From: an uncultured bacterium
Lineage (GTDB): Bacteria; Patescibacteriota; Minisyncoccia; Phycocordibacterales; Phycocordibacteraceae
DNA length: 42,074 nt
Assembly (NCBI GenBank): GCA_937879955.1
Contig: CALFMK010000001.1
Location: 157,504-199,577, forward strand
Reading direction: 5' to 3'
In this document: positions 27,093 to 36,551 of the stretch, piece by piece
Layout: each line of letters opens with the position of its first letter
Position numbering within the stretch: position 1 is the stretch's first letter
Notes under the pieces: model-generated
The model's input: only the letters and a program-made list of their open reading frames with translations
The model's database searches: none
Told to the model about the DNA's origin: nothing
Program-made: the position numbers and the translations under genes

Positions 27093-28305
27093 ATCCGTAA
27101 TAGTCCTTCAGGAAATCGGCCCGATACTGGTCGAACGTCCCGTTATGGAGCGCCTCGCGCGCATCGTCCACGAGCTTCAGGATGAACCCGAGGTTGTGCA
27201 TCGACGCTATCACCTGTCCCAGTATCTCGTCCGCACGGATGAGGTGCGAGAGGTACGCGCGCGTGAAGGTCTCCGTTCCTGGAATCACGGTCTCAGGGTC
27301 GAGCGGACCGAAGTCCGCAAGGTACTGCGCCTTCTTCATATGGATCGGGCCGCGGCGCGTGTAGATGGTGCCGTGCCGTCCGAGGCGCGTCGCCGCGACG
27401 CAGTCGAACGTATCCATGCCCTCCGCGATCCCGAGCAGGAGGTCTCCGGGCTCGCCGATGCCGAGGAAATGGCGCGGCTTGTCCTCCGGCAGGTGCTTAA
27501 CGGCAGCCTGCAGCGCGCCCATCATGTCCTCCTTGCTGAAGGAGCCGCCGATACCGAAGCCATCGAAGTCCATGCTCGCGATCTCCTTCGCGCTCTCCTC
27601 GCGCAGGTCCTCGAAGCGGCCTCCCTGGATGATGCCGAAGATGCCCTGCTTCCGGTTCGCCTCGATGTTCTGGCGGTGCGCCTTCAAGGAGCGTTCCGCC
27701 CACTTGTGCGTGCGGTGCATCGCCTCTTTCTGGTACTCGTACGGCTCCGTGGGCGAGGTGCACTCGTCGAAGGCGAAGAACATGTCCGCGCCGAGCGCGT
27801 GCTGTATCTCGATGGAGCGCTCCGGCGTGAAGCGGTGGAGGGAGCCGTCATGGTGCGAGGTGAAGGTCACACCCTCCTCGTCGATGACGGCGAGCTGCCC
27901 GTGCTGCGTCTGCACGTCCTCGTCGAAGACCGCCACGCCGTGGTCGCGGGCGTTCTCCTCGCCCTTCGCGATCTTCGTGATGGTGCGGCCGAACGCGCTG
28001 CCGAGCGAGAAAACCTGGAACCCGCCCGAATCCGTCATGGTCGGGCCGTCGAAGCCCATGAAGCGGCCGAGACCGCCCGCGTCCTTCACGACCTGTTCTC
28101 CTGGCTGCAGGTAGAGATGGTATGTGTTCGCGAGCACCGCCTGCGCGCCGAGGCTCTTGAGCTGCTCGGGCAATACGCCCTTCACGCCCGCCTTGGTGCC
28201 CACCGGCACGAACGCCGGAGTACGGATGTCGCCATGGGGCGTATGCAGGATGCCGGCCCGGGCGTTCCCGTGCCTCTTCTCTACCGTGAACGAGATGGGT
28301 CTCAT
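27091..28305 (-). CDS. tgt: tRNA-guanine transglycosylase (queuine tRNA-ribosyltransferase).
   Basis: 404 aa. ..ARAGILHTPHGDIRTPAFVPVGT.., ..MTDSGGFQVFSL.., ..FDEC.., ..GIGG... One zinc-site feature is a CVA..R motif. Confidence 0.96.
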   Translation of the reverse strand: MRPISFTVEKRHGNARAGILHTPHGDIRTPAFVPVGTKAGVKGVLPEQLKSLGAQAVLANTYHLYLQPGEQVVKDAGGLGRFMGFDGPTMTDSGGFQVFSLGSAFGRTITKIAKGEENARDHGVAVFDEDVQTQHGQLAVIDEEGVTFTSHHDGSLHRFTPERSIEIQHALGADMFFAFDECTSPTEPYEYQKEAMHRTHKWAERSLKAHRQNIEANRKQGIFGIIQGGRFEDLREESAKEIASMDFDGFGIGGSFSKEDMMGALQAAVKHLPEDKPRHFLGIGEPGDLLLGIAEGMDTFDCVAATRLGRHGTIYTRRGPIHMKKAQYLADFGPLDPETVIPGTETFTRAYLSHLIRADEILGQVIASMHNLGFILKLVDDAREALHNGTFDQYRADFLKDYYG

Positions 28306-28362
28306 CCCTACACCCTAGGTTTCAGTAGCTGTTTTAGCAAGGAGACTGCCGGAAAGGCACTA

Positions 28363-28394
28363 TTGACAGTACTAGAATGTGTGATTATAATCAC
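28363..28394 (+). promoter_or_regulatory. Consensus sigma70-type promoter with a 14-bp perfect palindrome over the -10 element.
   Basis: TTGACA 28363-28368, 17-nt spacer, TATAAT 28386-28391. The palindrome GTGATTATAATCAC spans 28381-28394. A GGAGG SD precedes ATG 28483. Confidence 0.7.
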
Positions 28395-28482
28395 AGCAGG
28401 AAGTCCTTTCCAGCGCAAATAGTGCACTCAGAAAGGCAGCGTACCGGTTACCGGACGTTCAACCCTTAATGGAGGGCATCCC

Positions 28483-29127
28483 ATGCTCAACATGAAATCG
28501 ATGCGCGGTCCGGTTATCGCCCTCATGGCGATCGCCGGCATCGCGACCGACGCCGACGCGGGAAGCCGCAAGGACAAGGTGGGCGACTCCTACGGAGTTG
28601 TCCGCTTCGAAGGCCTCCCTGCCCGCAACGGGTACGAGGAGGTTCCTGCGGCCAAGTGGACTCCCACGGAGTTCCTCGACCTGAAGGACCTGGACGCGAG
28701 CTGCCATCGCCAGATGGACCCGCAGATCCCGGGCATCATGTCCGACCTCGTGCTCCCGACCGCCAAGATGGTGGTCGTGGGCGGAGTCGCCGGAGGCCTC
28801 GGCGCCGTCGCGGCCTTCACCGGCGTGTCCTTCATGGACTACGCGAAGTACGCCGGCATCTCGATGTCCGGCACCAGCCTGCTGTCCTACAGCGACCGTC
28901 GCAAGCTCGCCAAGAACTACGTGCAGTACGCCTGCATGCAGTTCGTGGTCGGCGAGGCCCGCCGCAACGGCCGCCTGAAGGGCATCGGGATCATCCCGAA
29001 CGCCTTCACGTCGAAGATGCGCGGCGTCTCGATGCCGTCGGGACCCGCCAGCCGCGGCGACGGCACGGACACCTCGTCCGGCCAGGACGCCGGCGCGGAT
29101 GACGCCCCGGTTCCTGCAGGCTTCTGA
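28483..29127 (+). CDS. Hypothetical secreted or membrane protein.
   Basis: 214 aa with an N-terminal signal-like segment (MRGPVIALMAIAGIATDADA), a central Gly-rich hydrophobic helix and a low-complexity tail. SD, promoter and terminator are all present. Confidence 0.75.
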   Translation: MLNMKSMRGPVIALMAIAGIATDADAGSRKDKVGDSYGVVRFEGLPARNGYEEVPAAKWTPTEFLDLKDLDASCHRQMDPQIPGIMSDLVLPTAKMVVVGGVAGGLGAVAAFTGVSFMDYAKYAGISMSGTSLLSYSDRRKLAKNYVQYACMQFVVGEARRNGRLKGIGIIPNAFTSKMRGVSMPSGPASRGDGTDTSSGQDAGADDAPVPAGF

Positions 29128-29155
29128 GTACCACTACCCAACCGCTACAAACCAA

Positions 29156-29188
29156 AACCGCCGACAGGTCATAGACCTGCCGGCGGTT
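29156..29188. terminator. Bidirectional intrinsic terminator.
   Basis: aaccgccgacaggtc-ata-gacctgccggcggtt (one mismatch) followed by ctttct. Confidence 0.8.
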
Positions 29189-29209
29189 CTTTCTATATCT
29201 ATCGAGAGA

Positions 29210-29728
29210 CTACTGGACGCCGACGAGCTCGACCTCGAAGACGAGCGTCGCGTTCGCAGGGATAACTCCCCCGACCGCCTGCTCGCCGTACGCGAGGCCC
29301 GGCGGGATGACGAGACGGCGCTTGCCGCCGACCTTCATGCCTGCGACGCCCTGGTCCCATCCCTTGATCACCTGTCCTGCGCCGAGCGGGAACGTGAACG
29401 CGCCGCCATGGTTCGCGGACGCGTCGAAGACGGTGCCGTCCGGAAGCGCGCCGACGTAGTTCACGGATACAGTAGAGCCAGGAACGGCTTCAGCGCCCGT
29501 ACCGACGACGATGTCGGTGATAGTAAGCTCGGTCGGAAGCGGTTCCGAAGGATTGAGTGGTTCCATAGGTGTTGAGGTGCTTAGGCTGCTTGTAGTGGTG
29601 CCGACAGCCGTGCCTTCGGTAGCGGCGACGCCTCCGAACGAGGAGAGCATCGGGGTTCCGAACGCGAGGAATCCGAGCGCGACCACGACGGCCAGCGCGA
29701 CGGCGATCCCTGTTCCAGTGACATTCAT
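29210..29728 (-). CDS. FKBP-type peptidyl-prolyl cis-trans isomerase with an N-terminal membrane anchor.
   Basis: 172 aa. ..VSVNYVGALPDGTVFDAS....FTFPLGAGQVIKGWDQGVAGMKVGGKRRLVIPP.LAYG is the canonical FKBP_C domain. Confidence 0.95.
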   Translation of the reverse strand: MNVTGTGIAVALAVVVALGFLAFGTPMLSSFGGVAATEGTAVGTTTSSLSTSTPMEPLNPSEPLPTELTITDIVVGTGAEAVPGSTVSVNYVGALPDGTVFDASANHGGAFTFPLGAGQVIKGWDQGVAGMKVGGKRRLVIPPGLAYGEQAVGGVIPANATLVFEVELVGVQ

Positions 29729-29730
29729 AG

Positions 29731-30048
29731 CTAGTTGGTGTTAGTGCCGGTAGCAGCCAGTATATCATCACTGATCTCCTGGACCGCCTCGAGGATGGCC
29801 TGGTCCGCATTCGGGACGTGCTCCTGCAGGAAGGCCTCTACCTGCTCTTCGGACGCGTCCGATTCGACGAGGGCCTCGAACGCGACGCGCGCGTCTTCGC
29901 TCATGCGCTCCACGAGGCGGACCATGGAACCGCGATAGATGAGGTCGTTCAGGTCGAGGAGGAGCGCCTCCTGGTCTTCCGGCGAGAGCGATTCCATATC
30001 GAGCGCCTCGAGGAGGGCGTCGGCCTGTGCGGGCTTGGGAGTATCCAT
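29731..30048 (-). CDS. Small acidic helical protein, hypothetical.
   Basis: 105 aa, D/E-rich. It is tightly packed (2-12 nt gaps) between the 825-aa gene and the FKBP gene. Confidence 0.7.
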   Translation of the reverse strand: MDTPKPAQADALLEALDMESLSPEDQEALLLDLNDLIYRGSMVRLVERMSEDARVAFEALVESDASEEQVEAFLQEHVPNADQAILEAVQEISDDILAATGTNTN

Positions 30049-30060
30049 GTATGCAGGGTA

Positions 30061-32538
30061 TTAGCTCGTTCTCTTAAAGGTGAAATCGAGGCGCTTCGTG
30101 AACGTCTCGGCCGATGGCGGCGGCGGAAGCTCGTTGTCCACGACCATGCTCGGCGTGCCGTCAGCGGAAATCCTGAAGCCGCCCGTATACGGGCGCGCGG
30201 CACCCGTAACCGAATCTATGTCGGTTGCGGCGAACCGCACGATAGCGTCCGGATGCTCCTTGAAATACTCAGGGTGCTCGGCAACGAACTGCTGGGCAGC
30301 GTAGAACGAGTCATTCCCCTTTCCACCCACGATCGAGAGCACTTCCGAGCCGTTCTTCCCGGCCGTGACGTACGCATGCGGCTCTCGCAGGTCGACCGAG
30401 ACGTCGTTATGGTTCGTGAAGACTTCGGCACTCGAAGCCGCTGGCGTCTCGTGGACCGGGGCTTCGGCTGGCTTCTCCGGAATATCCGCAGACGCAACCG
30501 GGTGTTCTGCAGGCGAAACGGCCTCCGCAACAGGAGCGGTATCCGCACTTCCAGGCTTCAGTCCATCGAGCTCTGCAGCAACCGGAACGTACTCGGGAGC
30601 CTCCGTTCCATCGAGAGCGGGCGCCATATCCGCAACAGCGTGCTCAGCAGGAGCAACCGCCGTATGCGCCGTCTCGACGTGATCAGGATACATAACCGCA
30701 CCCTCCACCACATGAGCCTTGAATCCTCCTGGGGTGGCTGCATCGTTCTCGAAGAGGAGCTTCGGCTCTCCACCCTTTGCCTGGAACCAGACGTTCTGGT
30801 TCTTATCCACCAGGAGCTGATCGCCCCGATGCATCACCATGCTCTGACCTCCGCTCGCCGCGTTGATCTCGCGCGCGAGCGCATTAGGATCGCTCTCGAG
30901 CACGTGCTTGAGGGCCGCCGACGGGTGCGCGATGACAGCCGTATCAGCATTGAGCGTATGGCGGAGACCCACGAAGAGCTCGCCCATGCCCTGTCCCGGC
31001 TTGTCTATCGTCGCGCCGCCGAGTGCATTCTCGAGCGTCGGAGCGACTGGTCCTGTAGGGATAGCATCCGGCACCGTAGGAGCCGCATCAGTAGCATGCT
31101 CCGCGGAAGTCACCGAGAGGCCGTGACGCGCGGCCGATCCGGACATGAGGCCTTCGATGCCCCTTGCCTGCTCTGACGTAAGATCAGTGCTCCCTGCAGC
31201 AGCCTCGGCTGCGTGCTGCATGCTCGAGAGCTCCGCGAGCGCGCCTGCCGCTCCTGCGCCGATACCGAACGCCGTGATGGCCTTCACGAGGAGCTTCTTC
31301 TTCTGAAGGGCCTCTTCGCTCGCATCGACCGCGAGCTTCTCGCGCTTCGCATCGATCCTCTCGAGATCGGCGATCGTGAGCTCGCTCGTCCAGTTCGACG
31401 TGCGTCCGGCGTTCTTGAGGGACTCCTGCGCTGCCTTCTGGACCTTTCTGCCTCGCAGCGACTCGTATGCACGCCCGCCGAGCTCGCCGGCAGCCCCCGC
31501 AAGGACCGAGCTTCCGAGGGCACGCACGAATCGATAGCTGCCATATCCCGCAAGGGCAAGGAGGCTCGTCGTACCAGCACCTCCGAGGATTGCCGCGCCT
31601 CCCACGACGAGGATCGTGGTTGCCGCTGCGCGCACTGCGCGCGCCTGCATCTTTCCGCCAGCTATCTTCTCAAGCTCTGCGTTCTTCCGTCCCGCCCACG
31701 AAAGCCCCTTATCGAACGCGCTCTGACCTCTCGAATCGAGCGCCTCGAGACGAGCCTGGATGCGCTTCTCTGCGGCCGGCTTCACCACCTCATTGAACCG
31801 CACGAGACGGTTATACCGCTCGAGCACGCGTTCGGAACGCAGCGCTGCAGAACCCTTCTCTCCGAGACGTTCCGCGGCAGAGCTCGTAAGGGCATTTCCA
31901 TAGGCGACGCGAGCCTCGTCATATGCGCGCTTGAGCGCTGCGACCCGCTCGGATTCATCCCTGAGCTCCTTTCCTTTCAGGATCTTATTGAGGAAGCCGC
32001 TCTTCCTCTCCAGATCCTTGTACGCGTTCAGGTATTCCGTTTCCTTGGCCTGCACGTCTGCGCGCTCGGCTTCGGCGACGACAGGCTTCTTTGGAGCGTC
32101 GCCATCTATCTTCGACAGGTTCCTGAGCCGTTCCTGCACCTCGAGAATGCGATCTTCCTCTGGGGCGATCACGGCTGCGAGCGCTTCCCGCTTCTCCTTC
32201 GGCGTCCCGTCTTCAAGGACAAGCTCTTCTGATTCCTCTTCTATCGTTTCCGGCGGAGCAGCAGCCTCAGGAGCGGATTCGGTGAGCACGAGCGGCGACA
32301 CCCCTTTTCCGCGACGCTTGGCCGCAGAGCGGCTTCGGCCAGCCACCCCTTCGAGGACAGGGTTCGAAGCGACGATCGACTCCTCTTCTGCAGCAGGTTC
32401 GTGTTCGGCAGCCGACGGAACAGAGCCTGCGCCAGCAGGGTCCTCGATGAAGCCTTCCTGCTTGATGCCCATGACGCCGCCTCGGTCTTCGCCATTATCG
32501 TTCGACGGCGTCTTTGGAGGATAGTCGAGGCTTCTCAT
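30061..32538 (-). CDS. Large hypothetical membrane protein (825 aa), with a charged coiled-coil-like N-terminal region, central Gly/Ala-rich TM segments and a C-terminal soluble region.
   Basis: Long ORF whose ATG lies 10 nt after the stop of the upstream ATPase. TM-like segments are AVRAAATTILVVGGAAILGGAGTTSLLALAGYG.. and LLVKAITAFGIGAGAAGALA. No family recognised. An alternative start is M23 (MGIKQEG). Confidence 0.8.
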   Translation of the reverse strand: MRSLDYPPKTPSNDNGEDRGGVMGIKQEGFIEDPAGAGSVPSAAEHEPAAEEESIVASNPVLEGVAGRSRSAAKRRGKGVSPLVLTESAPEAAAPPETIEEESEELVLEDGTPKEKREALAAVIAPEEDRILEVQERLRNLSKIDGDAPKKPVVAEAERADVQAKETEYLNAYKDLERKSGFLNKILKGKELRDESERVAALKRAYDEARVAYGNALTSSAAERLGEKGSAALRSERVLERYNRLVRFNEVVKPAAEKRIQARLEALDSRGQSAFDKGLSWAGRKNAELEKIAGGKMQARAVRAAATTILVVGGAAILGGAGTTSLLALAGYGSYRFVRALGSSVLAGAAGELGGRAYESLRGRKVQKAAQESLKNAGRTSNWTSELTIADLERIDAKREKLAVDASEEALQKKKLLVKAITAFGIGAGAAGALAELSSMQHAAEAAAGSTDLTSEQARGIEGLMSGSAARHGLSVTSAEHATDAAPTVPDAIPTGPVAPTLENALGGATIDKPGQGMGELFVGLRHTLNADTAVIAHPSAALKHVLESDPNALAREINAASGGQSMVMHRGDQLLVDKNQNVWFQAKGGEPKLLFENDAATPGGFKAHVVEGAVMYPDHVETAHTAVAPAEHAVADMAPALDGTEAPEYVPVAAELDGLKPGSADTAPVAEAVSPAEHPVASADIPEKPAEAPVHETPAASSAEVFTNHNDVSVDLREPHAYVTAGKNGSEVLSIVGGKGNDSFYAAQQFVAEHPEYFKEHPDAIVRFAATDIDSVTGAARPYTGGFRISADGTPSMVVDNELPPPPSAETFTKRLDFTFKRTS

Positions 32539-32548
32539 GCGATGGTCA

Positions 32549-35287
32549 TTAAGAAAGATAACGAGCTCTTATAGATGCTTCAACACTAGCACGGTCCCGT
32601 CCGTACGTGAGGTACGAGAGCTCGCGCAGGTCGTCCACCTGCCCGAGATTCCCTTCGGACAGCGGCAGGGTCTTCATGTTGAACGGCTTCTGCGGGACGC
32701 CGCGCGCGAGCATGCGCACGTACGCGTTCCTATTCTCGATGTTGGTGAAGTCGGACGCTGCGAACGTCGGCTCGAACAGCTTTCCGAAGAATTCCCCGTC
32801 CTCCTGGCCCACGCGGAACACGGCCATGGAGCCCACGTTGCCGAAGACCGCGTCGCGGATCTTCTCGTCCACCTGCGCGAGGTACTGGTGCGCGATGGTG
32901 AGGGAGAGCTTGTACTTGCGGGCCTCGGAGAGGATGCCTGGGATCGAGGACGTCGTGATGTTCTGGAACTCGTCGATGTAGAGGTAGAACGGCGGGAAGT
33001 CCCCTCTCGGGTTGTCCGCGCGCGAGAGCGCCGCCATGAAGAGCTTGCCGACGATGATGAGGCCGAGCAGGTTCGCGTTGCGTTCGCCGAGCCGTCCCTT
33101 CGAGAGGTTCACGAGCAGGATCTTCTTGCTGTCGATGACGTCGCGGAAGTTGAAGGAGGACTCCTGCTGGCCGATGATCGGACGCATGAAGTCGCTGCCG
33201 GTGAACTCGTCGAACTTGTTCGTGATGTACGGCACGATGTTCTGGAGCGACGCCTCGCCTTCCGCGCGGGTGGCGATCTCGGTCCAGAACTGGTTCACGA
33301 TCGGGTTATTGCTCCGCGAGAGCTTCAGGTTCCGGAACTCGGCGTTCGAGAGCACGCGGCCGATGTCCATGAGCGTGGAGCCAGACGACGGGTCCTCCAT
33401 CACGAGCTGCGTCGCGTTGCGGAAGTACTGCTCGAAGGCCGGACCCATGGATTCCGGCACGTCGCCGTACAGCTGGCGGAAGATGGCGAGCATCTCGTTC
33501 ACGATGAAGGACTTCTGCTCGGGACGGGTGATGTCGTACTCGAGCATGTTGAGGCCGAACGGGCGCTCGGTGTTCGCCGGATCGAAGTAGATCACGTCCT
33601 CGTAGCGCTCGGGCGGTATCGCCGCCAGGACGTCGAGGATGTCGTTGCCGTGCGGATCGATGAAGCAGACGCCCTTGCCCTCCTTCACGTCCTGCTCGAT
33701 GAGCGTCTTGAGGAACCCGGTCTTTCCGGCGCCGGTCTGGCCGATCACGTAGAGGTGGCGGAGCCGGTCCTCGTCAGAGAGACGAATATCGGTCGTCTGG
33801 CCGCGGAACTCGTTGGTACCGAGCTTCAGGCCCTCGCGCGGAAGATCGCTCGGCGCCGCCGCGGTGGCGAAGCGCGCCTGCTTCAGGTGCGGCGAGGAAT
33901 CGATGCCGTGCGGCGGGAAGTGGAAGATGGTGGTGAGCTCGCGGAGCGACAGCGGGAGGTTGGTGGTCGTGCGATGCAGGCGGAAGGAGAAGTCGCGCAG
34001 GAGCTGCTTCAGGGTCCCCTTGTTCGGGCGACGGAACTCGATGCGGTTGCCGAGCGTGTTGTCGAACTGGTTGAAGGAGGACTCGAGCTCGGTGAGTATC
34101 TGGTGCGCGCGTCCGTGATCCTTGGAAGAGACCGCGAGCCGGATGTTCGTGATGACGATCGGCGCCGCCACCTTCTTCTCCACCATCTCTATCGCCTTCT
34201 GGTCTATAGGTTCGGCCGATGTCTGCTTCTTCTTCGTGAAGAGGAGCCCTGCCGCCTCGCGCGCAAGGTCCCCCACGAACGTCTCCGGCAGGCTGAAGGC
34301 CCTCGAGCGATGCTCGCCCTGGCGCAGCGCATGGAGGACGCGGCGGTAGTGCTCGATGTAGTGGTTGCCGTGCGGACGGATGATGATCTGGAGCGCGGCA
34401 CCCTCGTTCTCGGGAGCGATCTTCGCGAACGCGTTCAGGATGGAATTGAGCGGGTCGTAGTCGAAGTCCTGGTAGTCCTTGATCGGGAGCATCGCCTTGT
34501 CCTTGAACTCCGCTACCGACGCGAGCGAGACGCCGCCCTCCACGAAGACGTTGTAGTCGTTCGGCTGCGCCTTGATGTGCGCCGTCGGGAAGATGGCGAG
34601 GAGCTGCTTCTCGAACAGGTCGCGCCGCGTGTTCGGCACCGCCGCGAAGAACATGAGGTGCGGTGCGTCCACCGGCACCGCGAGCTCGAGCGTGAAATAG
34701 GGCGGCTCGCCGCGGCCCGCCTGCTCCACCGCGAGCATGCCGGAGTAGAACTGCTCCATGGAGGAGATGAGCTCCCGCAGGGTGCGAGACCGGGATTCGT
34801 CGCTCGCGTTCGCCTCAGGGAGCGCGATCTCGTAGAGAGTCATGTGGAGCGCCTTCCATTCCGGCTGGTTCTCCGCGAGGCCCTTGGGCTGCATGCCGGA
34901 TACCAGGTACTGCACCAGGAACCGGTGGAAATCGTCCTCGAGGTGCGCGTTGCCGAGCTTCTCGAGCACCGTGAACGCGTTATGGATGCCCTTCTCCTCC
35001 ATCACGGTGCGCAGCTCGGCGATGGTCTCGTCGTTCTGCTCCGGGTCGAGATTCAGGCTCAGCGTCTCCGCGTGCGCCTTCGCCTCCTTCTCGCTGATGC
35101 GGTAGTGCGGAGCGAGCACCTGCTCGGGACCCGACATGCGGTGATGCAGGATGCGCTCGTGCGCGATGTCCTCGCGCGGCGCCTCGCGTCGCATCGACAT
35201 GAGCTCGGCCTCCTTCGCCGCTACCTGCGCGCGCAGGTACGCGAGCTCGTCCTCGGGCGAGGCGATTGGTCGTATGGGTCCCTCCAT
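32549..35287 (-). CDS. VirD4/TraG/TraD-type (FtsK-HerA superfamily) coupling-protein-like ATPase with a ~480-aa soluble N-terminal extension.
   Basis: ORF 32549..35290 (GTG, then ATG 35287). Walker A YVIGQTGAGKTG (nt 33719-33742), Walker B-like FYLYIDEFQN (nt 32960-32986), then ..ILSEARKYKLSLTIAHQYLAQ.., typical of the TraG/TraD C-terminal region. No N-terminal TM helices. Confidence 0.85.
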   Translation of the reverse strand: MEGPIRPIASPEDELAYLRAQVAAKEAELMSMRREAPREDIAHERILHHRMSGPEQVLAPHYRISEKEAKAHAETLSLNLDPEQNDETIAELRTVMEEKGIHNAFTVLEKLGNAHLEDDFHRFLVQYLVSGMQPKGLAENQPEWKALHMTLYEIALPEANASDESRSRTLRELISSMEQFYSGMLAVEQAGRGEPPYFTLELAVPVDAPHLMFFAAVPNTRRDLFEKQLLAIFPTAHIKAQPNDYNVFVEGGVSLASVAEFKDKAMLPIKDYQDFDYDPLNSILNAFAKIAPENEGAALQIIIRPHGNHYIEHYRRVLHALRQGEHRSRAFSLPETFVGDLAREAAGLLFTKKKQTSAEPIDQKAIEMVEKKVAAPIVITNIRLAVSSKDHGRAHQILTELESSFNQFDNTLGNRIEFRRPNKGTLKQLLRDFSFRLHRTTTNLPLSLRELTTIFHFPPHGIDSSPHLKQARFATAAAPSDLPREGLKLGTNEFRGQTTDIRLSDEDRLRHLYVIGQTGAGKTGFLKTLIEQDVKEGKGVCFIDPHGNDILDVLAAIPPERYEDVIYFDPANTERPFGLNMLEYDITRPEQKSFIVNEMLAIFRQLYGDVPESMGPAFEQYFRNATQLVMEDPSSGSTLMDIGRVLSNAEFRNLKLSRSNNPIVNQFWTEIATRAEGEASLQNIVPYITNKFDEFTGSDFMRPIIGQQESSFNFRDVIDSKKILLVNLSKGRLGERNANLLGLIIVGKLFMAALSRADNPRGDFPPFYLYIDEFQNITTSSIPGILSEARKYKLSLTIAHQYLAQVDEKIRDAVFGNVGSMAVFRVGQEDGEFFGKLFEPTFAASDFTNIENRNAYVRMLARGVPQKPFNMKTLPLSEGNLGQVDDLRELSYLTYGRDRASVEASIRARYLS

Positions 35288-35346
35288 CACGTATCAGTAT
35301 AGGGCATGCGCGAGAGCGATTACGCGCCGACAGGAGGATAAAAGCG

Positions 35347-35370
35347 AAAGGCCCGGCGAGCGGGCCCTTC
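35347..35370 (-). terminator. Intrinsic terminator after the holin-like gene.
   Basis: Minus strand: aagggcccgc-tcgc-cgggcctt (1-nt bulge) followed by tcgctttta. Confidence 0.65.
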
Positions 35371-35390
35371 TGCTTCTGAGAGAATAGCGA

Positions 35391-35723
35391 CTAGTCCTTG
35401 GCGAAAGCGCCGAAGACGGCCGAGACGAGCGCGACCACGATGCCGAAGAAGAACGCCGGCCAGAAGCCCGCGACGACGAATCCTGGCACGATCATGCCCG
35501 CGAGCATGATGAGGAGCGCGTTCACCACGAGCGAGAACAGGCCGAGCGTGAAGATGTTGAGCGGCAGCGTGAGGAGGTTGATGATCGGCTTGAGGAACAT
35601 GTTGATGATGCCGAGCACCACCGCGAGCACGAGCGCACCGACGAGCGTCACCTCGATGCCTGGGATCAGGTACGCGGCGATGCCGATAGCGAGCGCGGAT
35701 ACGAGCCAATGGACGATAGACAT
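35391..35723 (-). CDS. Phage_holin_4_2 (YvlD-like) family 4-TM membrane protein.
   Basis: 110 aa. ..WLVSALAIGIAAYLIPGIEV..ALVLAVVLGIINMFLKPIINLLTLPLNIFTLGLFSLVVNALLIMLA matches this family's pattern. Confidence 0.88.
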   Translation of the reverse strand: MSIVHWLVSALAIGIAAYLIPGIEVTLVGALVLAVVLGIINMFLKPIINLLTLPLNIFTLGLFSLVVNALLIMLAGMIVPGFVVAGFWPAFFFGIVVALVSAVFGAFAKD

Positions 35724-35807
35724 GAAGAACGGGATTAGGATATGTGCCTTATAACAGTACTAAGCATACTCCTGGCACGTGAGCCCTTCATGAAGGGCGT
35801 CTGATAA

Positions 35808-36485
35808 CTAGCGCGCGAACGTGAAGCTCTCTACGATCGAAGAGAGTGCCTCGTACTGCGCGTCGAGCGTCGCGTCCGCAATGTCATGGTCCGTAGGCGC
35901 GTCCTCCCGGTAGCTCGAGCCGGTGCGCACCTTCTCCATGGCGATGCACGTATCCTCTGAGAGGAGGCGATAGGACACGCCGCTCGCGTACTGCATCATG
36001 CCGGCGCTCTGGAACGCGAAGGCCTTCCACGTGCGACCGCCTATCACGGCATCCGGAAGCTCGGTCTCGCCCTCATCCTTCCCGGCCACCTCGCAGCGCG
36101 CCACCTCCTTAGGGTCGGTCGAGGCGCCGATGCGCACCATGGCGTTGAAGTAGCGCGGATAGGAGTCCTCGCTCTTCACGGCATACGGGACGATCTCGAC
36201 GATAGGCGTGCCAGTGCCTTCCGGAAGCGCGTTCGCGCGCCAGCTCGAGCCGAGATGATAGCTGGTATCGAAATCGTAGCTAACGGCAGCCGCCTCGGGA
36301 TAGAACAGCGAGAAGCCGTACGGCCCGTTGGTGTAGATGGCGAGTCCCTCGTGGATATCGGGCGTCGACGTGGCGGTCTCAGGTTTACCGAACGCGTCAT
36401 TGCGCGAATCGATGAGGTACCAGGTGACGCCGCCGCCGATAGCGACGATCGCGAGCACGAACAGGAGGATGGTGAGTCGGTTCAT
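35808..36485 (-). CDS. Hypothetical membrane-anchored exported protein.
   Basis: 225 aa with an N-terminal TM helix (LTILLFVLAIVAIGGGVTWYL) and then a soluble domain. Confidence 0.75.
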   Translation of the reverse strand: MNRLTILLFVLAIVAIGGGVTWYLIDSRNDAFGKPETATSTPDIHEGLAIYTNGPYGFSLFYPEAAAVSYDFDTSYHLGSSWRANALPEGTGTPIVEIVPYAVKSEDSYPRYFNAMVRIGASTDPKEVARCEVAGKDEGETELPDAVIGGRTWKAFAFQSAGMMQYASGVSYRLLSEDTCIAMEKVRTGSSYREDAPTDHDIADATLDAQYEALSSIVESFTFAR

Positions 36486-36551
36486 AGGGAGAGTATACGG
36501 CTAGAGACGTTCTTACGCATGAATTATTACTGGAGAAAAGATAGATTTTTC

